Positions 24,888 through 38,649 of a stretch of 64,000 bases of DNA are shown piece after piece. Source of the stretch: Mobula hypostoma (taxonomy: Eukaryota); NCBI RefSeq assembly GCF_963921235.1, contig NC_086109.1, positions 26,662,001-26,726,000 of the forward strand, written 5' to 3'. The notes beneath the pieces were generated by a model. It was not told the DNA's origin. It did not search any database and saw only the letters and a list, made by a program, of their open reading frames with translations. Made by a program: the position numbers and the translations under genes. The first letter of the stretch is position 1. Each line of letters starts with the position of its first letter.

Positions 24888-25215
24888 AGGCAGCACAGCA
24901 GCGTAGCGGTTAGCACAATGCTTTACAATACCAGCGATCACCGATCGGGGTTCAATCCCCACTGCTATCTGTACAGAGATTGTACGTCTTCAGTCTGCCC
25001 ACATGGTTTCCTCTGGCTGCTGTGTTTTCCTTGCAAACTCCAAACATCTACAGGTTAGGCTTAGTAAGTCATGTGCATGCTGTGTTGGTACTGGATATAT
25101 GGCGACACTTATGGCTACCCCTAGCATACTCTCACACTGCGATAACGAAAGACACATTTCACTGAATTTTTCCAATACCTTGATGTACATGCGACAAATA
25201 AAGCTAATCTTTCAA
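24888..25215 (+). mobile_element. tRNA-derived V-domain-like SINE with a Rex1-like 3' tail
   Basis: A box AGCGTAGCGGTTAGC, B box GGGTTCAATCCC, central CATGGTTTCCTCTGGCTGC..GTTTTCCT; ends CAAATAAAGCTAATCTTT. Confidence 0.65.
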
Positions 25216-25829
25216 ATCTTTGGATTGAGCTTGGTGGTCGTTGAGATGTAAGCAACGTAATGTCTCCACCATCTCCAGTGGAGCATAGGAAAAACATGTT
25301 TCAATTATGAACTTTCCCACTGAGAGCATCAGTTGCAACTGTGGCAGATGTACTTCATTGTACAGAGTTCACCTACCAGAATCTGATTACTACACTAGAA
25401 TAACTTGTAGTTCAGCTACAGCTTTAATTGATGTACCAAATGATTATGAAATGAATCATTAGCAAGGTTCCTTTGTAACTGCCGGTGTGAAAGAGGCAGC
25501 TGCTTGCACTGTGCTGCTCATTACCCGAAGGGAACTGCTGGCTGCAGCCTTGCTGAACTGCTGAATAAGATTGAAGTCAGATGCTGGCACATATGTTCAA
25601 AGTAAATTTATTATCGAAGTACGTAGGTGTCTCCATATGCTACCTTGAGATTCATTTTCTTGCAGGCATTCACAGTAAAAGAAAGAAATTCAATAGAATC
25701 AATGAAAAAATATGCACGTAGACTGACAAACAACCAATGTGCAAAAGAAGGCAAATTGCGCAAATAGTTTGGCAAGGTCACCAGTGGCACCACTTCGAGC
25801 TCACCAGTGGCACCACTGTTATAGAGTGG

Positions 25830-26670
25830 ATCAGCAGCAATGATGTGATGGAGCACAGAAAAGAGACTACGGACCTTGTGTCATGGTGTCAGAACTGCAA
25901 CCTAACTCTTTATGTCGTCAAGATGAAAGAATTGGTTGCTGATCAAAGGAAAGAAGTGATGTTTGTGTGGGGGAGCGTGGTGGTTGTGAAGGCTGAGTGC
26001 ACCCTGTCATTAGCAATAGAATTGCTGTAGAGATCGATGACTGCTTCAATTCCTTGGCATCCAATCACCAGCAACCTCACCTGGTCCCTTCATATGAATA
26101 CGATGATCAAGGAAGTACATCAGCATATTCAGTTTTTTTAGGTTCTTAAGAATATTTGGCATGTCCACAAGGATTCTCTTGAACGTTTAGAGATGTGTAA
26201 CCAGAAAGTACTCTGATGGATAGTACCTCAGACTGCTCCGCTCTGGGTTGACGATCGGTAAACACTACCCATTCCATCACAGGCACAGCAGATTACTCCC
26301 ATCCCAACATCTTCACAGTGTGTTGTTTCAGAAAGGCTGGCAGTATCATCAAGGATGCCTGATCTCTTTTCTCTCTCCTGTCTTCTGGGAGTAGATTATG
26401 GAAAACTAGATTTAAGAATGGCTTCCCCACTGCAATCTGATTCCAGAACCAATTAACCTTTTTTCACATCCCCCTCCCAGTAGTGCTGCCATGTTCTTGA
26501 TCTCCTAACCTTACCTCTCTTAATTATTCCACTGTTGTCACAATAGTGTTGTTGCACCACTTCAGATTGTGTGGCAATCTTTTTCACCATTGCATTCGTT
26601 GTTGTATTCATTACTACTATTAAATCTATAAGCCTGGTGCAAACAAGGAATTTCACTGCACCATATTATG
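25830..26670 (+). mobile_element. Old Rex1/Babar-type LINE fragment
   Basis: LVSWCQNCNLTLYVVKMKELVAD; AAGGCTGGCAGTATCATCAAGGAT. Confidence 0.65.
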
Positions 26671-28829
26671 TAAAATCAAGGGAACCTAGTTTAAATTAGT
26701 TTGTGGGACGTGCTGCTGTAGTGCAGTTAAGGTGTGGGTGAACTCAGCTATGGGCTTTGCTGAGTGTGATCCAGCTCAGTATTTCTTCACCCTCTTCCCT
26801 GAGGATTGACTTGCATTCTGAAATAAGATATTGGTCTAATTGCATCTGATGGTAATATTTCCCACAACACTTGACCTGCTGATATTCATCACTGAAAAAT
26901 GCTTCAGGCTTCCTGGAGCAGTTGGTCATGCTTTCTCTCTCGCATGCGATTTATACCCAGGCTCTCTGCCCTCTCAGATGGGCCTAAAGCAGCTATTGTA
27001 GGTAGTCTGCATTACCTTAGTAACAGGGAAATGAGCAGCAAATTCCTCATTCTGAGCTTAAGCAGGCATTCCAACCGCTATCACCTCAGCTGAAAACAAA
27101 TATCTCAATACCCCATATTTTCCAGAGAGGTGGCAACAGTTCTGTTTTGAGATCTATCTGACATAATCTGGCTCAGAACTGAAGTGGTGATTCCCCTTAG
27201 CAAAACAGGGTTCCACAGTTGAACACCAACTGTGAGACTTGACCATTTCAGTCTGTTAGTAAGTCTTGGACCTTTACACATACAGACGTTCTGGATTTAC
27301 TCCTTAAGTAGTCGAAGGCCAGTGGTTACATTTGGTGCAGCACAAGTCGGACATTTGTGTTAAATGCACTTTAGGAATGATGTCAGAATCAGGTTTATTA
27401 TTACCGGCATAAATAAAATAAAAAAAAATATCAATTACGGTATACATATATTGAATAGATTAAAAAATGCGCGAAAAAATAGGAATAGTGTATATTTAAA
27501 AAAGTGAGGCAGTGTCCAAGGGTTCAATGTCCATTTAGGAATCGGATGTGAATGTCTTGATAAGATGCAGAAAAGATTTATTAGTCTAATCCCAGAAATG
27601 AAGGACTTCAACGTTGAGGATTAGATCAGTGAGCAGAAATAGTTGAGAAATAATTTCTTCTGAACAGTTAAGATAATGAGAGGTCTAGTCGGAGAGAAAT
27701 TCTTTCCTACTGGACATAAATGTGAGTTGATTGGTGAAAGAACCCAGGGCAAACTGAAGTTATAACAAGCAGTGCGCTGTTGGAAAAGGTTCTGGGAGCA
27801 GATACAATCATGACTTTCAAAAAGGAATTATGTTTATGTATTTAGAAAATGCAAGGTTATTGGGAAAAGAATTGGAAGAGTACAAGTAATTGGATTGCTC
27901 TTGCTCTTAGTGTGATCTGGATGGGCCAAGTGGCTGCCTCTTGAGTCACAATAAGGAAATAAGTTGGCTCTGTGTTTTTAGAGATGATGCCTTATTGCTT
28001 TTAGGATAATTTCCAGACTGAGAGAATACTAAGCTACCAAGCTGTGATGTAACCAGACAGGATACTATCTATGGTGTATCTATAATTGGTTGGGATCTTC
28101 AGGGGACATGGTGAATTCTCTTATCTTTCTGCAAATGTAGAGGTGTTGAAGCTCCTTTTGGTCATACCATCCACATGGCTGGACCAGGACAAATTGTCAG
28201 TGGTATTTACATGCAGGAATCTGAAGTCGGGCTTTGACTCCATTGTTGCCCACAGCCTCAGACTTTGTGGTACAGCAGTTCATGCTGCTGACTCACAACT
28301 GAAAGATTTGATAATGACCTCAGATTCAAAATACATTGATTAGCAAAGTACGTGTACAGAATACATCTCTGAGATTAGTGCTCCTGCAGACAGTTATGAA
28401 ACAAAGAAACACCTTTCAGGAAAACATCAAATGCCCAACATGTGAAAAAAGAACAAGCTGCACAAATGGCATTTGACTGATGGATTCTAATGAACTGAGG
28501 AGCTATTGAGACCACTAATGTAAAAGGGAACACATTCAATAACCTTTACCATTCATTTGAGATCATTGAACTTGTGTCACTGAATCCTAGTCTGGTAAAG
28601 TGCCACATTTTACAGCAAGACTGACGGCCACAAAATAAAAGGTGCTGTAGCAGTACGGATGCCAAACTGTTGAAATGACAGGAACACGGAGTCGTAGTGA
28701 AAGGTTGCTAATCAAACGGGAGGGATGAGTTTGGCGAACTTCCCTGCTCTGGGAAGCAAGGGTTCTTTGGACTGCTGCTCTTTTTGACAGTTGCCAAGAT
28801 TCGGGTAAGGTCATATAGTGCACAATTTT

Positions 28830-29900
28830 CATATTTGTAGCTGACACAAAACTTGAAGGCGTACTGAACTGTGAAGAACGTGGTGGTAAACTTCAAGAGA
28901 TATTTAGGTGCTTGTCTAAAAGTGGCAGTTGAAATCTAATGCTGAGAAACTAGGAAGCATTACATTTTTTGACAGAAGGAAAAACCGAGACAAATAAACT
29001 AAATGCATAATTCTGCAAGTATTTAAGAAAAGTTCAGTTGATTAATGCACTTAATTCATTGAGAGTGGCAAAAAAGACATTAAAAACTATTGGATCTTGA
29101 TCTTTATAAATAGAAGGAGGAGAAGATGGCGCCGCGACGCAGCACTTGTAGCCACTTTGGTGGTGATGTCTGTTATCTGTCAAGTAGGGGACCGTGCACA
29201 ATTCTGATTTGATGGAGACAGACATGGGAGTACGGAGGAACATCTGGAGAAACTTCTGAAATGCCCACTTCGCTGTTTCTGTGTGGTCCTGAATCTCCAG
29301 AGGAGAAGGCCCCGAATCCTCGGTTTTGCTTGTTTCGGCGGCCGGATGAGGTTGATGGTGCTCGGGAGGCTGTATCGGAGGGGCTGGTTGGAGGCTTGAA
29401 GTTTTCGCATAGACGGACTCAGTGTCGGCTGTGGTCGGCTGCTTCCAAGGTATCGGCAAGTTGACGGTGCCTGGAGGTTTATGGCAGGGAGTTTCTCCCT
29501 TTTGCCGCCTGCTATCGGGGACTCGGGACTTTGAGACTTTTTTTTAACCATGCCCATGGTTTGTTCTTTATCAAATTATGGTATTGTTTTGCACTGCTGT
29601 AACTATATGTTATAATTATGTGGTTCTGTCAGTGTTAGTCTTTGGTTTGTCCTGTTTTTCAATGATATCACTCTGGAGGAACATTGTGTCATTTCTTAAT
29701 GCATGCATGCATTTCTAAATGACAATAAATGATGACTGGGTGTTCTCATAATCTAGAAGCAAAGTGTACAAGAGTAAAGAAGTAATGGTGAAGCATTATG
29801 AAACACAGTCACAATTGTAGTATTGCATACAATTCTGGGAACTATGACGTAGGAAAGATTGAAGCTTTAGAAAGGGTGCAAAAGAGATTTGCTAACATGT
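28830..29900 (+). mobile_element. Old CR1-clade fragment split by the insertion at 29117-29753
   Basis: TTTGTAGCTGACACAAAACTTG (FADDTKL-like) before the insert; IEALERVQKRF after it. Confidence 0.6.
29117..29753 (+). mobile_element. Young CpG-rich non-autonomous retroposon (637 bp) with a LINE-like 5' end
   Basis: TAGAAG duplicated at 29111-16 and 29754-59; begins GAGGAGAAGATGGCGCC; CpG-rich 5' half, T-rich 3' half with AATAAA; no RT ORF. Confidence 0.7.
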
Positions 29901-32419
29901 TTGAGGCTTCATTTAATACCACCAAATACTTTAGTAGTAACATTTTAATGGCTGCTTCATGCTTCATGTCTGTGGACTCACTTTTGTTTTGAATGCTGTT
30001 GTTTGCACCATTTCTGTTTTTTTTACTCTCTGCACATTGGGTATTGGTCTTTTTTTTAATAATGGGTTCTTTTGGGTTTCTTGTTTTACGGCTGCCTGTA
30101 AAGAGATGAATCTCAAGGTGGCATAATGTATACATGCATTGTTACTTTAATAATAAATGTATTTTGAACTTTAAGTGGCTATATTGGAGAAACTGTTATG
30201 CTCCCTTGACAAACAAGAAATCTGAAGAGTACAGACTGTCAGAACTCGTATTCGTTGTTGGAAAGTTTAAGGACTAGGAAGCATAAAATGAAGATGATCT
30301 GCAGTAAAAGCAAAATCAAGGGGAGCCATTTTGTTTCTCTAATTTTGCGGTGAGTAATTAGGGTTGAGAGTGCTAGTGATAGACTCAATTTTATCATTCA
30401 AAGGAACTGGATGGGAAGCTGAAAGGAAAGAATTTGTAACAATCATTCATAGTGGAATGGTGTACCTTTTCCCTCTGGATTTTGGAGAGATACTCAAATC
30501 TGAACATGATGACTTTTCTCTTTGGTAGAAAACAATTGTCTTCAGTCTTGCGCTCAAGTTTTCCATTTCTTTTATTTCTCCGATTTCTGTCCTCCACCTC
30601 AATTTTTTTTCACACAGTTGTGCTATTGCCTCTTTATCACTGGAATTTAGCCTTTTCCATTTTATTCAGTTGTGGCTCATTGTACCTTTTCCAATCTTTT
30701 CTTTGTCTCCTATGATTTTATTAACACTAAGTTTTAATCTTGTGGATTCCCCCATTTGATAACATTTTTCCTAAAAATGCTTTTTCTTGGACTATTAATC
30801 TGCTCTTGTTCTTTTTTTTTGTTCGCATAGTTCTTATGGAAAGTCTAGCCCTCCTTCCCTTCAAACTCCCCAACACTCTGATGCTCGAACCTTCCATCCC
30901 AGCATGGAGTAGAACCTTCCAGAATTCCAGGCTGTGTGTCAATTTGATCCGAGCCTAATCACAGGACAGTTTACAATGACCAGTGAACCTATCAACTGGT
31001 AGGTCTTGGGACTGTGGGAGAAAAGCAGAACACCCGAGGAAAACCACGTGGTTGCGGGGAGAACATACTAACTCCTTACATGAGTTTATATTTTAGTATT
31101 GTGTTTCTGGAAAACTTGTTATAAATAAATTGCTGAGAAAAGTCTACCCAACTGTTGGAATTTGTTCAATCCTTGCACTTTTAAGTGGAGCTGGCATGGC
31201 TCCACTTTCATTTAAAGTGTATTATGCTACCCTAAACTTAGTGGGCTCACAGTTTTCACAGCCTAGCCTTGCATTCTGTTTTATCTTAGACAATATCCTC
31301 AAAGAAAATGCAGATAGCTTATTCATTATGTACTTTTGCTGTCAGCTAGAATTTGCCACATTACACAGTTTGTAAAGTAACCTCAGGATTCCAGAAACAG
31401 TGAAAAGAGTATACTAAAGGGACTGATTCTGGCTTCAGACATATCTTTGAAGAAATGGATAAAAGTCAGATGACAGCTGGCAGACATCTTGTATTTGGTG
31501 CTGAGTCTCCAATGGTGAAGTAGGTGTTAATCAGAAAACAAGGCTTTGTTATTAATATGTTCAAAAGCACCAAGAAATAATATTTCACCTCCAGGCAAAT
31601 AAAAACATGAAATATGCTCTCGTTTTCCACTTACTTGTCTAGCTACTTTGTCAGCCCCAGCAAGCTTTATAAATCTGATTTAATCTTGATTTACTGAAAT
31701 AAAAAAAAAGCACATTGGAGGTCACAGGCAACAGATAACAGTCTTTAGAAATCCCTTGTAATGTAAGGCACTGAATGTTTTCATTAAGCCAGTTTGTCTT
31801 TGAAAATTATTTTCCTGAGAGGTATTATTACCCAGAATTATAACATGCCTTGTTATTATAATAGCTGTTGCAAATCTTTGACTTGGACAGAAAATCTAAG
31901 CATTACTCAACTCTGTTTTTAATGTAATTGTGCCCTGCTGTTGAGTAGTGCTGTTTTCTTTTCAACCGTAGCATCTGTTAATATACACGGATCACATCAG
32001 TACATTACCTGATAACATATTTGTCTATTTCAATCAAGTATTTAAACATTATAACATACACACCAAATGGTGTATATACATCATTTTTCTATTTTTCTTG
32101 AATCACCAGACAAACACCTCTGAAACAACCTCTTGGTCTCCAAGATATAAGAGTAATATTTCCACTCTGATCTTAAGACTGTATTGATGGACATAATTTT
32201 TTAAAAAATGAAAGCTTAAATTTTCAGCAGCTCAAGTGGCTTGTGTGGGGAGAGAAATAAAGGCAATATTTCAGGCTGCTGATTCTTCATTAGAATTATT
32301 AGATTATATTTAGGAACTGTGTAACACATTTCTCCCCCTTAGCCAAAGGCACTGTAGTCATTTATACTGTAGTCCAATTGAGATCGGTTAACAGATTAGG
32401 AAAACATGGAAACTGCCCT

Positions 32420-32660
32420 AATAGTGATTAGTGTAAAGTTATTATAGCGCCAGCAACTGGGATTCAATTCCACTGCTGTCTGTAAGGAGATTGTATGTTC
32501 TCCCTGTGACCGTGTGGGTTTCCTCCAAGTGCTCCAGTTTCCTTCACCGTTCCAAAGATGTACACATTAATAGGTTAATTAGTCGTGTGTAATTGAGAGG
32601 CATGGGCAAGGTGGGCCAGAAGGACCTGTTGCATCACTGTATCTCCATATAAATAAAACT
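32420..32660 (+). mobile_element. V-domain (HE1-like) SINE
   Basis: GGGATTCAATTCC B box; TGTATGTTCTCCCTGTGACCGTGTGGGTTTCCTCCAAGTGCTCCAGTTTCC; GAAGGACCTGTT..TAAATAAA tail. Confidence 0.8.
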
Positions 32661-34344
32661 ATAGAGACTGAATACAGATCTTCCTGCCATTATGGAACTG
32701 GGTATTACAGTATGTAGCACATTTATCAGTCACTTGAGGATTATTCAAGACATATAATGAGTTTATGCTCATTTATAATATTTTTAAAATAATTCTGAAA
32801 TGTTCCTTGAATGCTGATATCAAAGTATAACATAAAGTATCTTTGATTGCCCAGCCAAAGAAGAAAGATTTTTTTTATACCTTCCTTTGAGTTATGAGAA
32901 AGAATATGAAGATCATTGACACAGCATTATTTTTTTAACAGGACACTGCTGAGGCAGTGAATTTAATTGAGGTTCTAATGATTTTGAGGTCTAATGATTT
33001 TGTGACTGATGGTCAAATAATGAGGGAAGTTCAAGTATACGTTGGTTCACTTCTGATACTGTTAAACGTCATGAAAGTCGCACTTATTCAAGATAATGTG
33101 CAGAATTAAATTGAATTTGAACAATTAAACAATCCTAATGGGTGGATGATGACTCCACAATACCACAAACAGAACTGGCATAGTTTAGTAGGTGTGGGCC
33201 AAATCGTAGCAGGCGGTTCTGAAATGAACCAGTTCGTGCCCTGGGAAGTCTCGGGTGCCCACGTGAAGTTCGTTAAGATCTGAGATATTCTGAAGTCCAG
33301 CACATTCTATGTCTGCTCTTTTACTGTGCTTCCCATTGAACTTGATGATGGAGAAGTGACTCCTAGGAGAGAGAGTCTAGATACACAACACATCTGGCCC
33401 TCGGTTTTGATGTCAGGAAGGGATAGGATAGGAATGGCTAACAGGGCTGTTTACCTTAATAGAAAAGGTTAAGTGCCTTACTGATCTCAATTTATTGTGT
33501 TTTTCTCTATTTAATTGTTTTAGTTATTTCTTGGTGTTTATATGCTTTAATTTTTAAAAATGTATTATTTTGTTTTAATTATGCAAGTCAATTGGCATTA
33601 TGTCTGGGTGGCTGACAAAGTCCAGAAGGTGGTTGAGTTCAGGTCAGTAGGATAAGAGGTCAGGGCAACTCCAAAAGAGTTGGCTTGTATGGCTATGGTA
33701 TAGTCAGGTTCAAAACTATTAGATGGTGAGACTGAACAGTGGATTAGTCAAAGATAATTGAATGTTGAATGCTGTCATTGGAATGAGTCTAGATGATTAG
33801 GAGGTGGGTGAAGGGAAGATGCGGGTGTGGAACCAGAAAATAGGCTTAGGCCCTTGATTATTGTGAGGTGGAACCATGTGGTGGGCTTTATTCAGGATAT
33901 CCTGAACACTCAGTGGATTAAACCCAGGGTGATTGGGCATCTGGCCAGATCCTCCTTGCAATTTTCCTCAATCCTGACTATTCATTAACAGTTGGATATC
34001 AGTCAGTGAAGTTTATTTCAGGGAAAAAAACAGCAATTTGTAATTTTGAGTAAAGGGGGCAAGGTGATGGGTGACACAAAGTGGCATACAACTGAAATCT
34101 ACATTTGGTTCAGTAGCTACAGATTTTAATAAAACTGAAATCCATTAAATTAGCATAAATATTAATATTTGATGCACCCCTTGTGTTGGCTCCCTCAACT
34201 TCAAATAAGTGGTTAAGCTGTTTATTTTAATTGAGATCATGCTCCTATTTAATCTGAAATGAGAGTATTGGAATTGGTGTATTATTGTATGTTTACCAAG
34301 GTACCGTGGAAAGCTGATCTTGCTCTACTGTTTTAAGCATTCAT

Positions 34345-34602
34345 AAAATAACATGAAGTCAAGGCAGACACGCATCGATTCAGAAACAGCTTCTAGCCTT
34401 CTGCCATCAGCTTTCTAAATGGCCCAAAAACCCATGAACACGACCTCACTTTCCCTCTCTTTTTGCATGATTTACAAACGTTTGTAGTTTCTAATATATT
34501 CTTAATGTAATTGGTAGGGATTTTTATGTATTGCACTGAACTGCTTCAGCGAAACAATACATTTCATGAAATTTGTCAGTGACAATAAATCTGATTCTGA
34601 AC
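34345..34602 (+). mobile_element. Rex1/Babar-type 3' end about 90 bp upstream of the exon acceptor
   Basis: GATTCAGAAACAGCTTC..TCTGCCATCAG..AATAAATCTGATTCTGAA, matching the 3' end of 58530-59862. Confidence 0.7.
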
Positions 34603-34689
34603 TTGATTGTTCGGGATGGCCAGACTGAAAGAGTGTGCATCTTATAGCAGGTACCTTATGTAATAAGAGTTATTTTATCTTTTTTTCAG

Positions 34690-35328
34690 ATGGTATTCAC
34701 AGTGTTACAGCCCAGTGTACACTGCGGGTTACGATCATCACTGATGAGATGCTCAGCAACAGCATTACATTACGCCTGGAGAATATGTCCCAAGATAAGT
34801 TCTTGTCTCCTCTTCTCTCTCTGTTTATCGAAGGAGTGGCAACTGTATTAGCTGCAATGAAAGAGGATATCGTTATCTTCAACATACAAAATGATACAGA
34901 TGTAAAAGCCACTATCTTGAATGTTAGTCTCTCTGTGTTGTTGCCCGGTGGAACCCATAACCAGTTTTTCTCTTCGGAAGATCTGCAAGAGCAAATCTAT
35001 CTCAACCGAACCCTTTTGACAGCCATCTCCACACAAACAGTGCTACCGTTCGATGATAATATTTGCCTCCGGGAGCCTTGTGAGAACTACATGAAGTGTG
35101 TGTCTGTGTTGAAATTTGATAGCTCTGCTCCATTCATCACCTCAGACACCATCTTATTTCGTCCCATCCATCCAATAAATGGCTTGAGATGCAGGTGCCC
35201 TGCAGGATTCACTGGAGACTACTGTGAAACAGAAATTGATCTTTGTTACTCAAATCCTTGTGGAAACCATGGCATTTGTCGAAGTAGGGAAGGAGGATTT
35301 ACGTGTGAGTGCCATGAAGACTACACAG
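34690..35328 (+). CDS. CELSR1: Internal coding exon (likely exon 2) of cadherin EGF LAG seven-pass G-type receptor (Flamingo homolog): membrane-proximal cadherin region plus first EGF-like repeats
   Basis: Acceptor TTTTTTCAG ends at 34689 and donor GTGAGT starts at 35329, giving 639 nt, phase 1-1. Translation DGIHSVTAQCTLRVTIITDEML...SEDLQEQIYLNRTLL...LPFDDNICLREPCENYMKCVSVL...CRCPAGFTGDYCETEIDLCYSNPC...CECHEDYTG. As I recall the paralogs, QEQIYLNRTLL, YMKC, HPINGL and ETEIDL fit CELSR1 better than CELSR2 or CELSR3. Confidence 0.93.
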
Positions 35329-35923
35329 GTGAGTTTTGGATCATTTGTTTCTCAGTCTCCATTACAACAGTATGTGAAAGCAAATTCTGTTGTACTTTCA
35401 TATTATTCCGGAATAAATTTCGTATTTTACTCAAGCAAAGTGGAAAGCATTAAGAAGCCAGAATTTATTAACTATTTTTAATTCTCTTGAGAATGTGGTG
35501 GTGATTTAGCTACTTGATTTGTATAGTCCTTGTGTTGAAGGTCCTCTCTCAGTAGAATCATTGAGCACTACAACACAGCAACAGGCCCTTCGGCCCATCT
35601 AGTCCATGCTAAACTATTATTCTGCCTAGTCCCATTACCCTGCATTTGGACCATGCCTCTTCATACTTTTCCCATCCAAACTTGTCTTTGATGTTGAGTA
35701 CTATGGGGAAAGGGACTTCAAAGGCTTGGAATCAGCAAAGATATGAAAACAGCAATGTGCTCCAAATCATGATGCTGTGTGATTAGGTTTCCATTAATCT
35801 ATTGTCCTGGTCCTCCTTGGGATAGTCAGTAATTTTGAAGTTGCTGCTGAGGTGAACTTTGTAAGATGCTACTGTGTACTTTGCAGATGGTGTGGATTGC
35901 AATGGGTAATCATTGTTAGAGCC

Positions 35924-36003
35924 CAGGGGTTCCCAACCTGGGGTCTTCAGACCCCTTGCTTAATAGCGTTTGTCCACAGCAAGAAAAAGATTGAGAGCCC
36001 CTG
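35924..36003. mobile_element. 80-bp hAT MITE
   Basis: CAGGGGTTCCCAA / TTGAGAGCCCCTG; degenerate 8-bp TSD TTAGAGCC / ATATAGCC; related copy at 47297. Confidence 0.75.
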
Positions 36004-37159
36004 ATATAGCCTCAAATACTCAATGATAAGATGCTGCACAGTATCTATAGGGGAAGAGAATAGAGTTGCTCTGAGTGCTACGTGAGGTCATTCTTACCCT
36101 CAGCCATTAGGCTCTATAATGAGTCAACCTATAGTTAAGGAAGTGATGACCCCCTCTTGTTAGATTGTTTAAGATAACTTATTTTTATTCTGTGAACTTG
36201 TAATGCAACTGTAACACTGTAATTTCCTTTGGGAGCAATAAAGTATCTATCTATCTATATACTTAGATAACAAAAAAATTATTCTTATGGAACATAACCA
36301 CTCAAATGGACTGTTTTGTCAAAAGCTGTGTTTCAGTTTGACATATCCAAAGCAGTCTTGTATTGTACATCCTGTGTCTTGTTCTTAACTAATATTTCAT
36401 TTCTGTTCATATAAATTTCTTACCAATACCCTTGCAGTGCAAACATGAGCTTCACCCCCTTACTAATCAGTGTGCGTCATATACAGCTCTGGTTCAATTC
36501 TTAACTAAGAACCGCAGTTTATATCAAAAATTAACTCTGTATATTACCCATTAAATATAATGGCTACTGTTAGCCTAATTGGTAAATATAATTTTCCCTC
36601 AAATTATTTAATTTAGTAAGACAGTTTGTGTTAGTTATTGGTAAATTGCTTTGTTAAAAATACAAATATGAAGTGGCTAAATGGAAAATATCATTGTGTC
36701 CATTTATTTGTAACGGCACACCTTATCTAAGGTGAATAATTAGCAAAAAAAACCAGCATTTTCAAACTATAGGGGAATTGGGGGAAAGCAGAATGATAAA
36801 AAAAAAAGGTCAGCATTGATTTCCTGATGATCGCGGCTGCTTGGGTCATAAGTCCTTTTCCACTCCTATATTCTGACTACTGAAAGGTGGTTGCATGCTA
36901 AGTACAAACGTTTGTACAGGTGAAGGTGCTTTTGTTTTAATTTAGAAATTATTTGCAGTCAATGTACACTTTCACCACCAACAAACAGTTAATGAACAAA
37001 GAGTAAAAAAAGTTGCGCTTTATTTATCTCTATTTCCGTTTACCTGTATTGTAAAGTATTGACTTATTGATTTCTCCCTTTGCTAATCTCGCAGTACATT
37101 CAGGTCGGAAGAATAGCGAGATCACCTGTTATCTGAAAGGTGCAAGTCCAGGGGAGGTG

Positions 37160-37770
37160 GAAGAACAAAGGGACCTTAGGGTGTAAATACAGCCATTAAT
37201 TGAAGTTGTGTGACACGTTAGCAAGGCCGTAAAGAAAAGCGTCTAATTTGCTTTGAAGGGATTGAATTTAAAATCGGGAAAACTTGCATAAGGTTTGCAG
37301 CAAACTTTTCTTGGATCACACTTACACTACTCCATATATTTCTCTTTGCCCTAATACTTCAAGCATATAGAGGCATTGAATGAATATTTACAAGGATGAT
37401 ATCAGAAATGGAAGCATATGATTGGAGTGGATCACTTTTGAGGACAGATCTAATAGTTAATTATGAACATATTAACATTATGATGGGTTTTGATGGAATA
37501 GTTGGAGAGAACTTTTCCACTTGTGAGGAAGCGAATGCTAGTGGCCACCAAGAAATCCAAAGAAGAATTCAGGAATAATTTCTTTATGCAGTGGGAGGTG
37601 ATAATGTGGAGCTTGCCATTACAGATAAACAGAGAAAACAAAATTAATGGGGGTTGGACAAACAACTAATTTAGAAAGGAAATAACCGTTAAACTGACAG
37701 TATGATGGAAAAAGGGAAAAGTGTTTGAGAGAGGCATAAACCCCAGTGAAAATTGTTATTTGTGCCACAT
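37160..37770 (+). mobile_element. Old CR1-clade fragment
   Basis: GAACAAAGGGACCTTAGGGTG (EQRDLGV) and downstream degenerate ORF2 motifs. Confidence 0.55.
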
Positions 37771-38649
37771 TTATCCTGCATAACCTTCATTCATAGGCAG
37801 TTGTTGACATCCAGTATCTTACCCAAGTAGATATTAAGACCTTAATTGGTTTTTGCATGTTGGGGACTTTACAGCCAAATAAAATATTATCTTCACATAA
37901 CAATGGTGGCTTCCTGCAGACGTCTCTCATCTGAGATGGAAAGCCTTCCCAACTGATTTCCTCTACTCCTGCTCCTAACCATTTGTGACCAATTGTAACT
38001 GCCTTGTTCTTGTTTTGGTTTAAATCAGCCAAACTGCTTGGGAGTATTCTGGTCTGTAAGGCTTCGCCTCTTGGCTGTCCCTAAAGCTGGATAAGAATGA
38101 AAAAAAAATTATCTATAGTTTATTGCTTAATAACTAAATAATCTGGCACGTATGTCAGCATCCACACCTTCCAGACTTTGGAATGTGGCTTGAAAAGCCC
38201 CTGGGTGAGATATAAATCAGCAACTGCTTTATTTGCTGCTACTTTCCAAATGAACAGAAAGCTGTTCTTAGAGTGGGACTTGCATGATTTACATTGTTCT
38301 CCCTAACATCCGAGCAGTGAATATGATCACTTTGTTCCGTGGTTAAGACACATCTCATTTTACAAAGCAGAATTTCTGAACCAGTGAGTCACCATCCCTC
38401 TAATACATACGGAATGTGCCACCACTTTCTTCATGGTCTTAGAAGTAGCCCAACTAATCATTTTAGCTTGTATATCATCCAAGCACACATAAGAATTCTT
38501 ATTATAGCTTTATTTTTGTGTCTCAGAGTTACTTTTATTGTGTTTATTGTCCACTGGACCTCTGAGAATCCATCCTCAGCAACAATGCCTGTTTTAAAGC
38601 AACATATTTCCAGGCTATGTAGACAAAAAAAAACCTCAAAACAATATAG

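Noticed and set aside
29034..29557. 141-aa and 125-aa minus-strand ORFs as a hidden gene
   Set aside because: They lie within a GC-rich TSD-flanked insertion where open frames arise by chance, and show no domain signal.
34635..35453. The 272-aa ORF as a complete gene
   Set aside because: Only 34690-35328 is CELSR-like. The flanks run through a polypyrimidine acceptor and a GTGAGT donor into intron.
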